Assembly: GCA_000146045.2 (NCBI GenBank)
Contig: BK006949.2
Coordinates: 64,001-128,000, forward strand
Reading direction: 5' to 3'
DNA length: 64,000 nt
DNA from: TPA_inf: Saccharomyces
Lineage: Eukaryota
Made by a program: the position numbers and the translations under genes
Notes under the pieces: model-generated
Database searches by the model: none
What the model was told of the DNA's origin: nothing
The model's input: only the letters and a program-made list of their open reading frames with translations
Shown: piece by piece, positions 52,488 to 62,633 of the stretch
Layout: every line of letters begins with the position of its first letter
Numbering within the stretch: position 1 is the first letter of the stretch

Positions 52488-53066
52488 TCGAGGCAATCTG
52501 ATCTAAGTTTCAAATATTCCGTAGAGTATAAATATCTTACAACTAATATAATTCTTAATATGCGCAAACAAATTATGGTGCGCATCTTTTTTTATTTTTA
52601 TGTTTTGTTCCATACTAAATGCAGTTTATAAAATTTTTCAAATGAGTCAAGCTATGTATAATCAGTGCTACAAAAATGATAAGATGCAATTGCAAGAAAA
52701 AATCCCTTGCATAAAGGGCTTTCTGACCTCTTGCGTTGATCAACGAGAAATAACCGCAAAACTTAATTTTAAACTCCCGCGTCTGCTTTACACAGCCCAC
52801 AGTAGCATCAAAAACTACGATGTAACACTAACGGTGGATTGTGAATACGGAACGAACAATCCTGCATCTTGACTTCAAAACTTGATCATATACACCTATA
52901 CCGCCATGGTTATCTCGCCCTTACGCTCACCCGGACCCCCGTTAATTGCAATAATAAGAAAAAGAAAAGAAAGAAGCTTTTTATCTCATTTCACTGACAA
53001 GATGACGCTTTTTCCGATTTTAGCAGATAAACTATCACATATAACCACTTTTTTATATTACATGAA

Positions 53067-53687
53067 ATGATGCCCTACAACACCCCTCCAAATATCCAAG
53101 AACCTATGAACTTCGCAAGCAGCAACCCCTTTGGTATTATTCCAGATGCGCTCAGTTTCCAGAATTTCAAATATGATCGTCTTCAGCAGCAGCAACAGCA
53201 GCAGCAACAGCAGCAACAAAATCGCACTGCGTCATCGTTACAGCAGCCGCAACAGCAACAACCAATAAGCCCGCCTTTGTTTTTAGTAGGGGCCGGTACC
53301 AGCGAAAACTCAAACCTTAACAAGAATGCCAACACTAGTACTATCCCTCCTTTACTCTTTAGCAGATCGTCTCAGCATTATGTTGTCCCAGATATAGACC
53401 ACTCCTCCATAATATACAAGAACAACATCTGCAAATCTTTCAAAGATGACTTATTTTTCTGTCCAAGATCTTTACTTTCTCTCGAAGAACAACAAGCATG
53501 CGAGAAAATGGATAGGCTGACCGCTGAACAAATGTCATTGTATCATCAGAACACGCAATCCAGTTCTAATCCTGGTTCTATGTCTTCTTCACCTCCAAAT
53601 TCTGCTTCTTCTATATTCAACTCTAGGCCGAAGTTCAATCCTTATACATCTCAAAGTTTTAATCCTTTGGAAAGTGTTCAAGAATGA
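53067..53687 (+). CDS. YPL229W: Q/N/S-rich protein of unknown function YPL229W (206 aa)
   Basis: ATG ORF (MMPYNTPPNIQEP) with a Q12 tract. Confidence 0.85.
   Translation: MMPYNTPPNIQEPMNFASSNPFGIIPDALSFQNFKYDRLQQQQQQQQQQQQNRTASSLQQPQQQQPISPPLFLVGAGTSENSNLNKNANTSTIPPLLFSRSSQHYVVPDIDHSSIIYKNNICKSFKDDLFFCPRSLLSLEEQQACEKMDRLTAEQMSLYHQNTQSSSNPGSMSSSPPNSASSIFNSRPKFNPYTSQSFNPLESVQE
53184..53219 (+). repeat. YPL229W: (CAG/CAA)12 trinucleotide repeat encoding poly-Q in YPL229W
   Basis: cagcagcagcaacagcagcagcaacagcagcaacaa, read directly. Confidence 0.95.
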
Positions 53688-54381
53688 TCGCGATATGGAC
53701 AAACACGTTGTTTTGATTTCTTTTTTGCATATTCCTCATTTGAACAAATCTTGTGTCCATGTTATGTTACGTTATGTTATATTATGTCAAGCCGTTTCAT
53801 TTCCTACTTATTTTTAATTATCGGTTTCTTCTATTCATGTAGTTCACTATTCAATTAGTATATGTAGATAAAAGGAGAAGGGTTTTATCTGCAAACAGAC
53901 GCAAGACGTATGTACTAAGCACTAAATACTCATATAACCATATTCTTTCAAAAATACATGCCATTTTTCTGTTTCATAATAATCCTGGAGGCTACAAGTA
54001 TGGTGATATAATAAATCTTGAACCTTGTTTTACTGGAACTCCTAAAGTCAAGCCATACATAATGCCAGAAACAGGACCTGCGTAGATAACATATAACATG
54101 TACCAGTCATGATTACCCAACGTGCCGTTACAAATGATATATAGACCTACATTTTAGTTAGTTTCGTCGTAAGTTATGGTAATAAAGGAAAAGTCCTCTA
54201 ATGAATCTATAATATAGGTTCACACAAATAAGAGTGATAATTAAAAGCGTATTCGACACTGAAAGATCTGCTGGGAATACTATACTGATATTTCCAAAAT
54301 ATCCCTTATAAATTGAATCTGGAATAGCACTTCTTTTTTTAAAAAACCTTGAATTGTTGGTAGCATTTCTATCCTCCCACT

Positions 54382-56031
54382 ATGAGTTACACTGACAACC
54401 CTCCTCAAACAAAAAGAGCTTTATCGTTAGACGATCTGGTGAATCACGATGAAAATGAAAAGGTTAAATTACAAAAATTAAGTGAGGCGGCTAATGGCAG
54501 CAGACCTTTTGCCGAAAATTTAGAATCTGATATAAATCAAACGGAAACGGGCCAAGCTGCTCCGATTGACAATTACAAGGAGAGTACTGGTCATGGCTCG
54601 CACTCACAAAAACCTAAATCACGCAAGTCATCTAATGATGATGAAGAAACCGATACGGATGACGAAATGGGTGCAAGTGGAGAAATTAATTTTGATTCAG
54701 AAATGGACTTTGACTATGATAAACAACATAGAAATTTACTATCCAACGGATCACCTCCTATGAATGATGGTAGTGATGCCAATGCGAAGTTAGAAAAGCC
54801 TTCTGATGATTCAATTCATCAGAATAGCAAGAGTGATGAAGAACAGAGAATACCGAAACAAGGTAATGAAGGGAACATTGCCAGCAACTATATAACCCAA
54901 GTACCTCTGCAAAAGCAGAAGCAAACTGAGAAGAAGATAGCGGGAAATGCAGTAGGAAGCGTGGTCAAGAAGGAAGAAGAAGCGAATGCAGCTGTAGATA
55001 ATATTTTTGAAGAGAAAGCTACTTTACAATCAAAAAAGAATAATATCAAGAGAGATTTGGAGGTTCTGAATGAAATATCTGCGTCTTCCAAGCCCAGTAA
55101 GTACAGGAATGTTCCAATTTGGGCACAAAAATGGAAACCTACTATCAAAGCTCTTCAAAGTATAAATGTGAAAGATCTCAAAATTGACCCATCTTTTTTA
55201 AACATTATTCCCGATGATGACTTAACAAAGTCAGTACAGGACTGGGTTTATGCTACAATATACTCAATTGCTCCTGAACTAAGATCCTTCATTGAGTTAG
55301 AAATGAAATTTGGTGTTATTATTGATGCGAAAGGCCCAGATCGTGTAAATCCACCAGTTTCTTCACAATGTGTTTTCACTGAGCTTGATGCCCATCTAAC
55401 GCCTAATATTGATGCATCTTTGTTCAAAGAGTTGAGCAAATATATTCGTGGTATTAGCGAAGTCACTGAAAATACAGGTAAATTCAGTATTATTGAATCC
55501 CAGACAAGAGATTCCGTCTATAGAGTCGGACTATCCACGCAAAGACCAAGGTTTTTGAGAATGAGTACAGATATTAAGACTGGGAGGGTAGGACAATTTA
55601 TAGAGAAAAGACATGTAGCCCAACTACTATTATATTCACCAAAAGATAGTTACGACGTTAAAATCTCCCTAAACTTGGAATTACCTGTACCTGACAACGA
55701 TCCGCCAGAAAAATATAAATCTCAAAGCCCAATTAGTGAAAGGACGAAAGACCGTGTTAGTTACATTCATAATGATTCCTGTACCAGAATTGATATTACA
55801 AAAGTCGAAAATCATAACCAAAATTCAAAAAGTAGACAATCAGAGACCACTCACGAAGTGGAACTAGAAATCAACACGCCTGCACTGTTAAACGCCTTTG
55901 ATAACATAACGAACGATAGTAAAGAATATGCATCTCTTATTAGAACGTTTCTGAATAATGGTACAATTATTAGAAGAAAGTTATCGTCTTTATCATATGA
56001 AATTTTTGAAGGTTCAAAGAAAGTCATGTAA
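54382..56031 (+). CDS. CET1: mRNA capping enzyme RNA 5'-triphosphatase Cet1 (549 aa)
   Basis: ATG ORF with an acidic, Ser-rich N-terminus and a triphosphatase tunnel domain (EMKFG, VELEI motifs). Confidence 0.92.
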
Positions 56032-56162
56032 TATTTGAATCATTTCAAAAAAAAATAAGCAAATGCCCTTGAGCGAGAAATTTTTTTTGTTTACTCAAAT
56101 GCTGTTATGAAAGCTTATGTAATAATAATAATAATGATAATAATAACATAAAAATAATTACT

Positions 56163-57167
56163 CTAACATTTCTTATTATCTCTATATATCCCTAATAAAT
56201 AGGCCATTCTTATAATAACCAAGTCTTTCGCCATTTTGATACTATCAATAGCTAAAGCCATCTTAGAGCCATCAACCTCATGCCAGGAAATTGGTATCTC
56301 CTCAATTTGGATTCTTTTTCTGATGGCTAAGATCAAAATTTCAACGTCAAAGATCCAACCCTCTGTATGCAAATACGGAAAAATTTTCAATATAGCGGCT
56401 CTGTTGAACAATTTGAATCCACATTGTGTGTCTTTGATAGACCTGATGCCGAAGATGAAAACTAAGGTATGGAAACCGTACATCAAGCAGTTTCTTATCA
56501 TTGATCTCTTTATGACGGCTTCGGTATTTACCATATGTGCTCTGGAACCAATTGCTACTGCTGGTTTAGTCGTTTTTAGATCTGTACTAGACGTTTCAAT
56601 TTTGCTAATAGCATCTATTAGTTTTTCTACATCACTGAACTTACTAGCACCATCAGCATCGGCAAAAAGACCATACTTACCTCTAATATGTAAAAAACCT
56701 TGTCTCACTGCGCCACCTTTGCCTCTGTTTTGAGAAAACTTGATGATTCTGAATTGTTCGTAGTTCAATTTGAACTGTTCTTTACAAATTTTCAAACAGT
56801 ATTGTGTGGTATTATCTGTGGAACCATCATCCACTATGACAATCTCCCATCTGGAACCATATTTTTCCTTTAAAAAGCTGATTGCGTCTGTCAACATTAG
56901 TAAAATTCTACCTGTCTCATTATAGCTTGGGATAACAACAGATAAAAATATTTCTTCGTCATCTTGGTGTTCATTCAAGTTAGGTAAGGCACGACTAACT
57001 TCATGACCTTTTTCATCAATAGCTATGTATTTGAGCTCCTCTGGATATGGCGGCCTTGGTGTATGCGAAAATAAATAGACCAATAAATACAGTGAAAGCA
57101 CCAAGGCTACTAAGAGCGTAAAAAAGACAGTGTTTCTGTTCTCAATCAGGAATCTCAACGCTCTCAT
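56163..57167 (-). CDS. ALG5: Dolichyl-phosphate beta-glucosyltransferase Alg5 (334 aa)
   Basis: N-terminal TM segment, GT2 fold with VVIPSYNE, IVIVDDGSTD and FADADG motifs. Confidence 0.93.
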   Translation of the reverse strand: MRALRFLIENRNTVFFTLLVALVLSLYLLVYLFSHTPRPPYPEELKYIAIDEKGHEVSRALPNLNEHQDDEEIFLSVVIPSYNETGRILLMLTDAISFLKEKYGSRWEIVIVDDGSTDNTTQYCLKICKEQFKLNYEQFRIIKFSQNRGKGGAVRQGFLHIRGKYGLFADADGASKFSDVEKLIDAISKIETSSTDLKTTKPAVAIGSRAHMVNTEAVIKRSMIRNCLMYGFHTLVFIFGIRSIKDTQCGFKLFNRAAILKIFPYLHTEGWIFDVEILILAIRKRIQIEEIPISWHEVDGSKMALAIDSIKMAKDLVIIRMAYLLGIYRDNKKC

Positions 57168-57766
57168 TTTTGTTGTGCTTTGTGTAATTTTTGGCTGCCT
57201 CTCTGTTTTTGTCCCTTTCTTACGTTATCAAAAGCACCTAATCTATCCTTACAGCATCCAATTAGATACCACTACCTTTCCACAGTGACTATGGTCCTTT
57301 GTGCCACTTTAATTGCGATAAAGCCTTGAAAATTGGCACGTTTTCTTCTTGTTTACACTTTTTTTCGAATACGCCAAATTTCGCTTTCTCATGAAAAAAA
57401 TGGCATACACTGCTTCGAAAGATACAACAGAGCCATGTGCATTAATATATATAAATTAAAAGGTACTGAAGTGATAACGGTGAAAATAGGATAACTATGT
57501 ACACTTGACTTTGGACTTGTTAGTTGTGACTAGTATAGAAGTTACAAGATCAAATGGAATAAACCCAAACACCACATCTAATTTTTCAATGGAAAAAGAA
57601 AAGTTTCAAGGTGGAAAAAAAATTTTCAGCAGCATCGCAATAAATGTTAAAAAATAATAATATATTGCAACCTATTTAAGATAATACATATGCGTCGATC
57701 TATAGTGCATAATTTATATCTTGTAAACTGTAAATACAACGACAATCAGTGCTAATTCAACTCAGG

Positions 57767-60700
57767 ATGCCTCCAAAGAAGTTTAAGGATCTAAACTCTT
57801 TCCTTGACGACCAACCAAAGGACCCAAATCTAGTCGCTTCTCCCTTCGGTGGTTATTTTAAAAACCCTGCTGCTGATGCCGGTAGTAATAACGCTTCCAA
57901 AAAAAGTAGCTACCAACAACAGCGTAATTGGAAACAGGGGGGCAACTACCAACAAGGTGGTTACCAATCGTATAACAGTAATTACAACAATTACAACAAC
58001 TACAACAACTACAACAATTATAACAACTACAATAACTATAATAAATACAATGGCCAGGGCTATCAAAAATCTACTTACAAACAATCGGCTGTGACGCCCA
58101 ACCAAAGTGGAACTCCAACTCCATCTGCTTCTACTACATCTTTGACCTCTTTGAATGAAAAGCTGTCGAACTTAGAGTTAACACCCATCTCTCAATTTTT
58201 GTCAAAGATACCTGAATGTCAAAGTATCACTGATTGCAAAAATCAAATCAAACTAATCATTGAAGAATTTGGCAAAGAAGGTAACAGTACGGGTGAGAAA
58301 ATTGAAGAGTGGAAAATCGTCGATGTTCTATCTAAATTCATCAAACCTAAGAATCCATCATTAGTTAGAGAATCTGCCATGCTAATAATTTCCAACATTG
58401 CTCAATTTTTCAGTGGAAAGCCACCACAGGAAGCATACTTGCTACCATTCTTCAATGTCGCACTTGACTGTATTTCAGATAAAGAGAATACAGTCAAACG
58501 TGCCGCGCAACATGCCATTGATTCTTTGTTGAATTGCTTTCCAATGGAGGCTTTAACCTGTTTTGTACTGCCTACGATTTTGGATTACTTATCATCTGGT
58601 GCCAAATGGCAAGCTAAAATGGCCGCTCTAAGCGTTGTAGATAGAATAAGAGAAGATTCGGCGAACGATTTATTGGAACTTACTTTCAAAGATGCAGTTC
58701 CAGTTTTAACCGATGTAGCAACTGATTTCAAACCTGAATTGGCCAAACAAGGTTACAAAACTTTATTGGACTACGTTTCTATTTTGGATAACTTAGATTT
58801 GTCTCCTCGTTATAAATTGATCGTGGACACCCTGCAAGATCCATCTAAGGTTCCTGAATCTGTAAAATCGTTATCCAGTGTTACATTTGTCGCTGAAGTT
58901 ACGGAACCTTCACTATCTTTGTTAGTTCCTATTCTAAACAGATCTTTAAACCTATCGTCATCATCTCAAGAGCAATTAAGACAAACCGTTATTGTCGTGG
59001 AGAATTTGACAAGATTGGTGAATAATCGTAATGAAATTGAAAGCTTCATCCCTCTACTACTACCCGGTATCCAAAAGGTTGTTGATACTGCGTCCTTACC
59101 TGAAGTTCGTGAATTGGCTGAAAAGGCCCTTAACGTTCTAAAAGAAGATGACGAAGCTGATAAGGAAAACAAATTCTCAGGCAGACTGACTTTAGAAGAA
59201 GGTAGGGATTTCTTACTTGATCACCTCAAGGACATTAAAGCTGATGATTCCTGTTTTGTCAAGCCTTACATGAATGACGAAACTGTTATCAAGTATATGA
59301 GCAAGATTTTGACCGTGGATTCTAATGTGAACGACTGGAAAAGACTTGAAGATTTTTTGACCGCCGTTTTTGGTGGTTCAGATTCACAAAGAGAATTTGT
59401 CAAACAAGACTTTATCCATAACTTGAGAGCTTTATTCTACCAAGAAAAGGAAAGGGCAGATGAGGACGAAGGTATTGAGATTGTCAACACTGATTTCTCC
59501 TTAGCTTATGGTTCAAGAATGCTTTTGAACAAAACAAATCTTCGTCTCCTAAAGGGTCATCGTTACGGTTTGTGTGGTAGAAATGGTGCTGGTAAGTCTA
59601 CTTTAATGAGAGCAATTGCTAATGGTCAATTGGATGGTTTTCCTGACAAGGATACATTACGCACCTGTTTCGTCGAACATAAATTGCAAGGTGAAGAAGG
59701 TGATTTAGACTTGGTTTCCTTCATTGCTTTAGATGAAGAACTGCAATCTACTTCTCGTGAGGAAATTGCAGCCGCTTTAGAATCTGTCGGTTTTGATGAA
59801 GAGAGAAGAGCACAAACTGTTGGATCTTTATCTGGTGGTTGGAAAATGAAGTTGGAATTGGCAAGAGCTATGTTACAAAAAGCTGATATTTTATTGCTGG
59901 ATGAACCTACCAATCATTTAGATGTTTCGAACGTTAAATGGTTAGAAGAATACTTACTGGAACATACTGATATTACTTCATTGATTGTTTCGCATGACTC
60001 TGGTTTCTTAGATACAGTCTGTACTGACATCATCCATTATGAAAACAAGAAATTGGCTTACTACAAAGGTAACTTGGCAGCATTTGTTGAGCAGAAACCT
60101 GAAGCTAAATCTTACTATACCTTAACAGATTCTAATGCTCAAATGCGTTTCCCACCCCCAGGTATTTTAACAGGTGTTAAGTCTAACACTAGAGCCGTCG
60201 CTAAAATGACTGATGTAACTTTCTCTTATCCAGGTGCCCAAAAGCCTTCCTTAAGCCATGTCTCCTGTTCATTGTCTCTGTCTTCTCGTGTGGCTTGTTT
60301 AGGTCCTAACGGTGCTGGTAAATCCACTTTGATCAAGCTATTAACTGGTGAATTGGTTCCAAATGAAGGTAAAGTGGAAAAACATCCAAATTTACGTATT
60401 GGTTATATTGCTCAGCATGCATTGCAACACGTCAATGAACATAAGGAAAAGACGGCAAACCAATATTTGCAATGGCGTTATCAATTCGGTGACGACCGTG
60501 AAGTCTTATTGAAGGAATCCAGAAAAATATCCGAAGATGAAAAGGAAATGATGACAAAGGAAATCGACATTGATGACGGTAGAGGTAAGAGAGCCATTGA
60601 AGCTATTGTAGGTAGACAAAAGTTGAAAAAATCTTTCCAATATGAGGTCAAATGGAAATACTGGAAACCAAAATACAACTCCTGGGTTCCAAAAGATGTT

Positions 60701-61357
60701 TTGGTCGAGCATGGCTTTGAAAAATTGGTTCAAAAATTCGACGATCACGAAGCCTCCAGAGAAGGGTTGGGTTACCGTGAATTAATTCCTTCAGTTATCA
60801 CCAAACATTTTGAAGACGTTGGTCTTGATTCTGAAATTGCTAACCATACTCCATTAGGTTCTTTATCTGGTGGTCAATTAGTTAAAGTCGTTATTGCCGG
60901 TGCTATGTGGAACAACCCTCATTTACTTGTTTTGGATGAACCTACCAACTATTTGGACAGAGACTCTCTTGGTGCTTTGGCCGTTGCTATTCGTGACTGG
61001 AGTGGTGGTGTCGTTATGATTTCGCATAATAACGAATTTGTTGGTGCTTTATGTCCTGAACAATGGATTGTGGAGAACGGTAAAATGGTTCAAAAGGGCT
61101 CTGCACAAGTTGACCAATCCAAATTCGAAGATGGTGGTAATGCTGATGCCGTTGGTCTAAAGGCCTCCAACTTGGCCAAGCCATCTGTAGATGACGATGA
61201 TTCTCCAGCTAACATCAAGGTCAAGCAAAGAAAGAAGAGATTGACAAGAAATGAAAAGAAGCTGCAAGCCGAACGTCGTCGTCTACGTTACATTGAGTGG
61301 TTGTCATCGCCAAAAGGTACACCAAAACCAGTTGATACTGACGATGAAGAAGATTGA
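57767..61357 (+). CDS. NEW1: ABC-F ATPase New1 (1196 aa) with an N-terminal Q/N-rich prion-forming domain
   Basis: The track ORF starts at GTG (57749); the first ATG at 57767 gives MPPKKFKDLNSF. It has a Q/N-rich NYN-repeat N-terminus, HEAT-like region, two ABC cassettes (GRNGAGKST, GPNGAGKST; LSGGWK, LSGGQL) and a chromodomain-like insert, similar to eEF3. Confidence 0.95.
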   Translation: MPPKKFKDLNSFLDDQPKDPNLVASPFGGYFKNPAADAGSNNASKKSSYQQQRNWKQGGNYQQGGYQSYNSNYNNYNNYNNYNNYNNYNNYNKYNGQGYQKSTYKQSAVTPNQSGTPTPSASTTSLTSLNEKLSNLELTPISQFLSKIPECQSITDCKNQIKLIIEEFGKEGNSTGEKIEEWKIVDVLSKFIKPKNPSLVRESAMLIISNIAQFFSGKPPQEAYLLPFFNVALDCISDKENTVKRAAQHAIDSLLNCFPMEALTCFVLPTILDYLSSGAKWQAKMAALSVVDRIREDSANDLLELTFKDAVPVLTDVATDFKPELAKQGYKTLLDYVSILDNLDLSPRYKLIVDTLQDPSKVPESVKSLSSVTFVAEVTEPSLSLLVPILNRSLNLSSSSQEQLRQTVIVVENLTRLVNNRNEIESFIPLLLPGIQKVVDTASLPEVRELAEKALNVLKEDDEADKENKFSGRLTLEEGRDFLLDHLKDIKADDSCFVKPYMNDETVIKYMSKILTVDSNVNDWKRLEDFLTAVFGGSDSQREFVKQDFIHNLRALFYQEKERADEDEGIEIVNTDFSLAYGSRMLLNKTNLRLLKGHRYGLCGRNGAGKSTLMRAIANGQLDGFPDKDTLRTCFVEHKLQGEEGDLDLVSFIALDEELQSTSREEIAAALESVGFDEERRAQTVGSLSGGWKMKLELARAMLQKADILLLDEPTNHLDVSNVKWLEEYLLEHTDITSLIVSHDSGFLDTVCTDIIHYENKKLAYYKGNLAAFVEQKPEAKSYYTLTDSNAQMRFPPPGILTGVKSNTRAVAKMTDVTFSYPGAQKPSLSHVSCSLSLSSRVACLGPNGAGKSTLIKLLTGELVPNEGKVEKHPNLRIGYIAQHALQHVNEHKEKTANQYLQWRYQFGDDREVLLKESRKISEDEKEMMTKEIDIDDGRGKRAIEAIVGRQKLKKSFQYEVKWKYWKPKYNSWVPKDVLVEHGFEKLVQKFDDHEASREGLGYRELIPSVITKHFEDVGLDSEIANHTPLGSLSGGQLVKVVIAGAMWNNPHLLVLDEPTNYLDRDSLGALAVAIRDWSGGVVMISHNNEFVGALCPEQWIVENGKMVQKGSAQVDQSKFEDGGNADAVGLKASNLAKPSVDDDDSPANIKVKQRKKRLTRNEKKLQAERRRLRYIEWLSSPKGTPKPVDTDDEED
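57980..58051 (+). repeat. NEW1: 8 x 9-bp imperfect tandem repeat (AAY TAY AAY) encoding (NYN)8 in the New1 prion domain
   Basis: aattacaac aattacaac aactacaac aactacaac aattataac aactacaat aactataat aaatacaat, in frame with NEW1. Confidence 0.9.
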
Positions 61358-62005
61358 AAGCCTACTGGCTAGTGTTTTATCTTCGCTAACTTCGTTTGTT
61401 TCACTCCATCTTTTTTCTTTAATTCACTCCTCAAATGGAGTTTACTACGTTGATAGAATTTAGGACAAGCATATGACGCTCTCCTTCCTTTTTTGTTTTC
61501 TAGGTTAATTCATTTTTCATACAGAGTAGTTAATATTGGTTCTTTTCATATATGTACGGTACGCAGATTAATTATGTAAACTTAAACTTAAGGGATCCTT
61601 TTTGATGCTAACAATTGTCGATGTTGAACTACAAATTTATGTAAGAGGTCGTTGTTAAGGATTATTATTTTAAAAATACACGAAGATTGATTATTATTTC
61701 TTACATGAGGTTATGAATCGTGCTCCAAAAGTATACCAAAAATAACTCCTGAACTGCTAGGCACAGTTTGCGATAATTTAAAGGGGTTAAATACACTTTT
61801 ACTACTGGCTTTCACCTTATAAATCCCTCATTAAACTAAAGATGAATGAACATTGTTGAAGAAATTGTCCGGGTAAGAGGTTGTACTAGGGAGTGATGAA
61901 CATCCATAAATTCTTCGACTAGCAGAAGTAATGATAATTTTCACCCGTTAAAGCTACATCTGGTTAGATGGACTAGAAGAACCACGACGAAACAATCATA
62001 TAACA

Positions 62006-62446
62006 ATGTCTACTTTTAATGCAGAAACCGCTGATAACTTGGAAGATATCGAGAAACAATTCGCTGTTGTTGCTGTTGAACAAGCGGAAACATATTGGAA
62101 ACTATTAACAAGTGTTCCCGGTTCCAAGTTACGTTTGACTAAGTTTGATGACGAAATATACGAGAATTTTATGGAGAGATTCCCAGAATACAAAGATGTT
62201 GAAAGGGTCAAAAAGTTTACGGAGGAAGAATTAAAAACAAAAGAAGCCAAGGAAAGATGGAGAAAGTTCTTCACAATTTTTGAGAAAAAAATCGAAGACT
62301 ATAACTTTGGTACTTTGTTGAGGACAGACGCTTCAGCCGAGTATGGTCAATTTACTACTTGTTTTGTCGTGAGACTACAATTTTACGCTTTTGAAATTGC
62401 TAGAAATAAACACGGCTTGAACGATTGGATTGTCGGTCAGAAATGA
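62006..62446 (+). CDS. YPL225W: Small conserved protein YPL225W (146 aa; PBDC1-like)
   Basis: ATG ORF MSTFNAETADNLEDIEKQFAVVAVEQAETYWKLL with the expected length and position. Confidence 0.85.
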   Translation: MSTFNAETADNLEDIEKQFAVVAVEQAETYWKLLTSVPGSKLRLTKFDDEIYENFMERFPEYKDVERVKKFTEEELKTKEAKERWRKFFTIFEKKIEDYNFGTLLRTDASAEYGQFTTCFVVRLQFYAFEIARNKHGLNDWIVGQK

Positions 62447-62633
62447 ACATGCATATATATTTGTGATTGATTATATAGAATACATTACTTTATACAAAGG
62501 AACAACACAAGGCATTCTTCCTTGTTCAACATATATATATATACATATATATATTAAGCTCAGTAAATTGTTGAAATGTGAAAGGCTGTACTTTTGCTCT
62601 TAACTTTTGAAAAAATTCATCATTGAGAATTCC

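Noticed and set aside
52600-52872. 90-codon ATG ORF between USV1 and YPL229W
   Set aside because: It has no recognisable domain or composition bias, and an ORF of this size is expected by chance several times in 64 kb. It was kept out of features, but a transcript check would be cheap.
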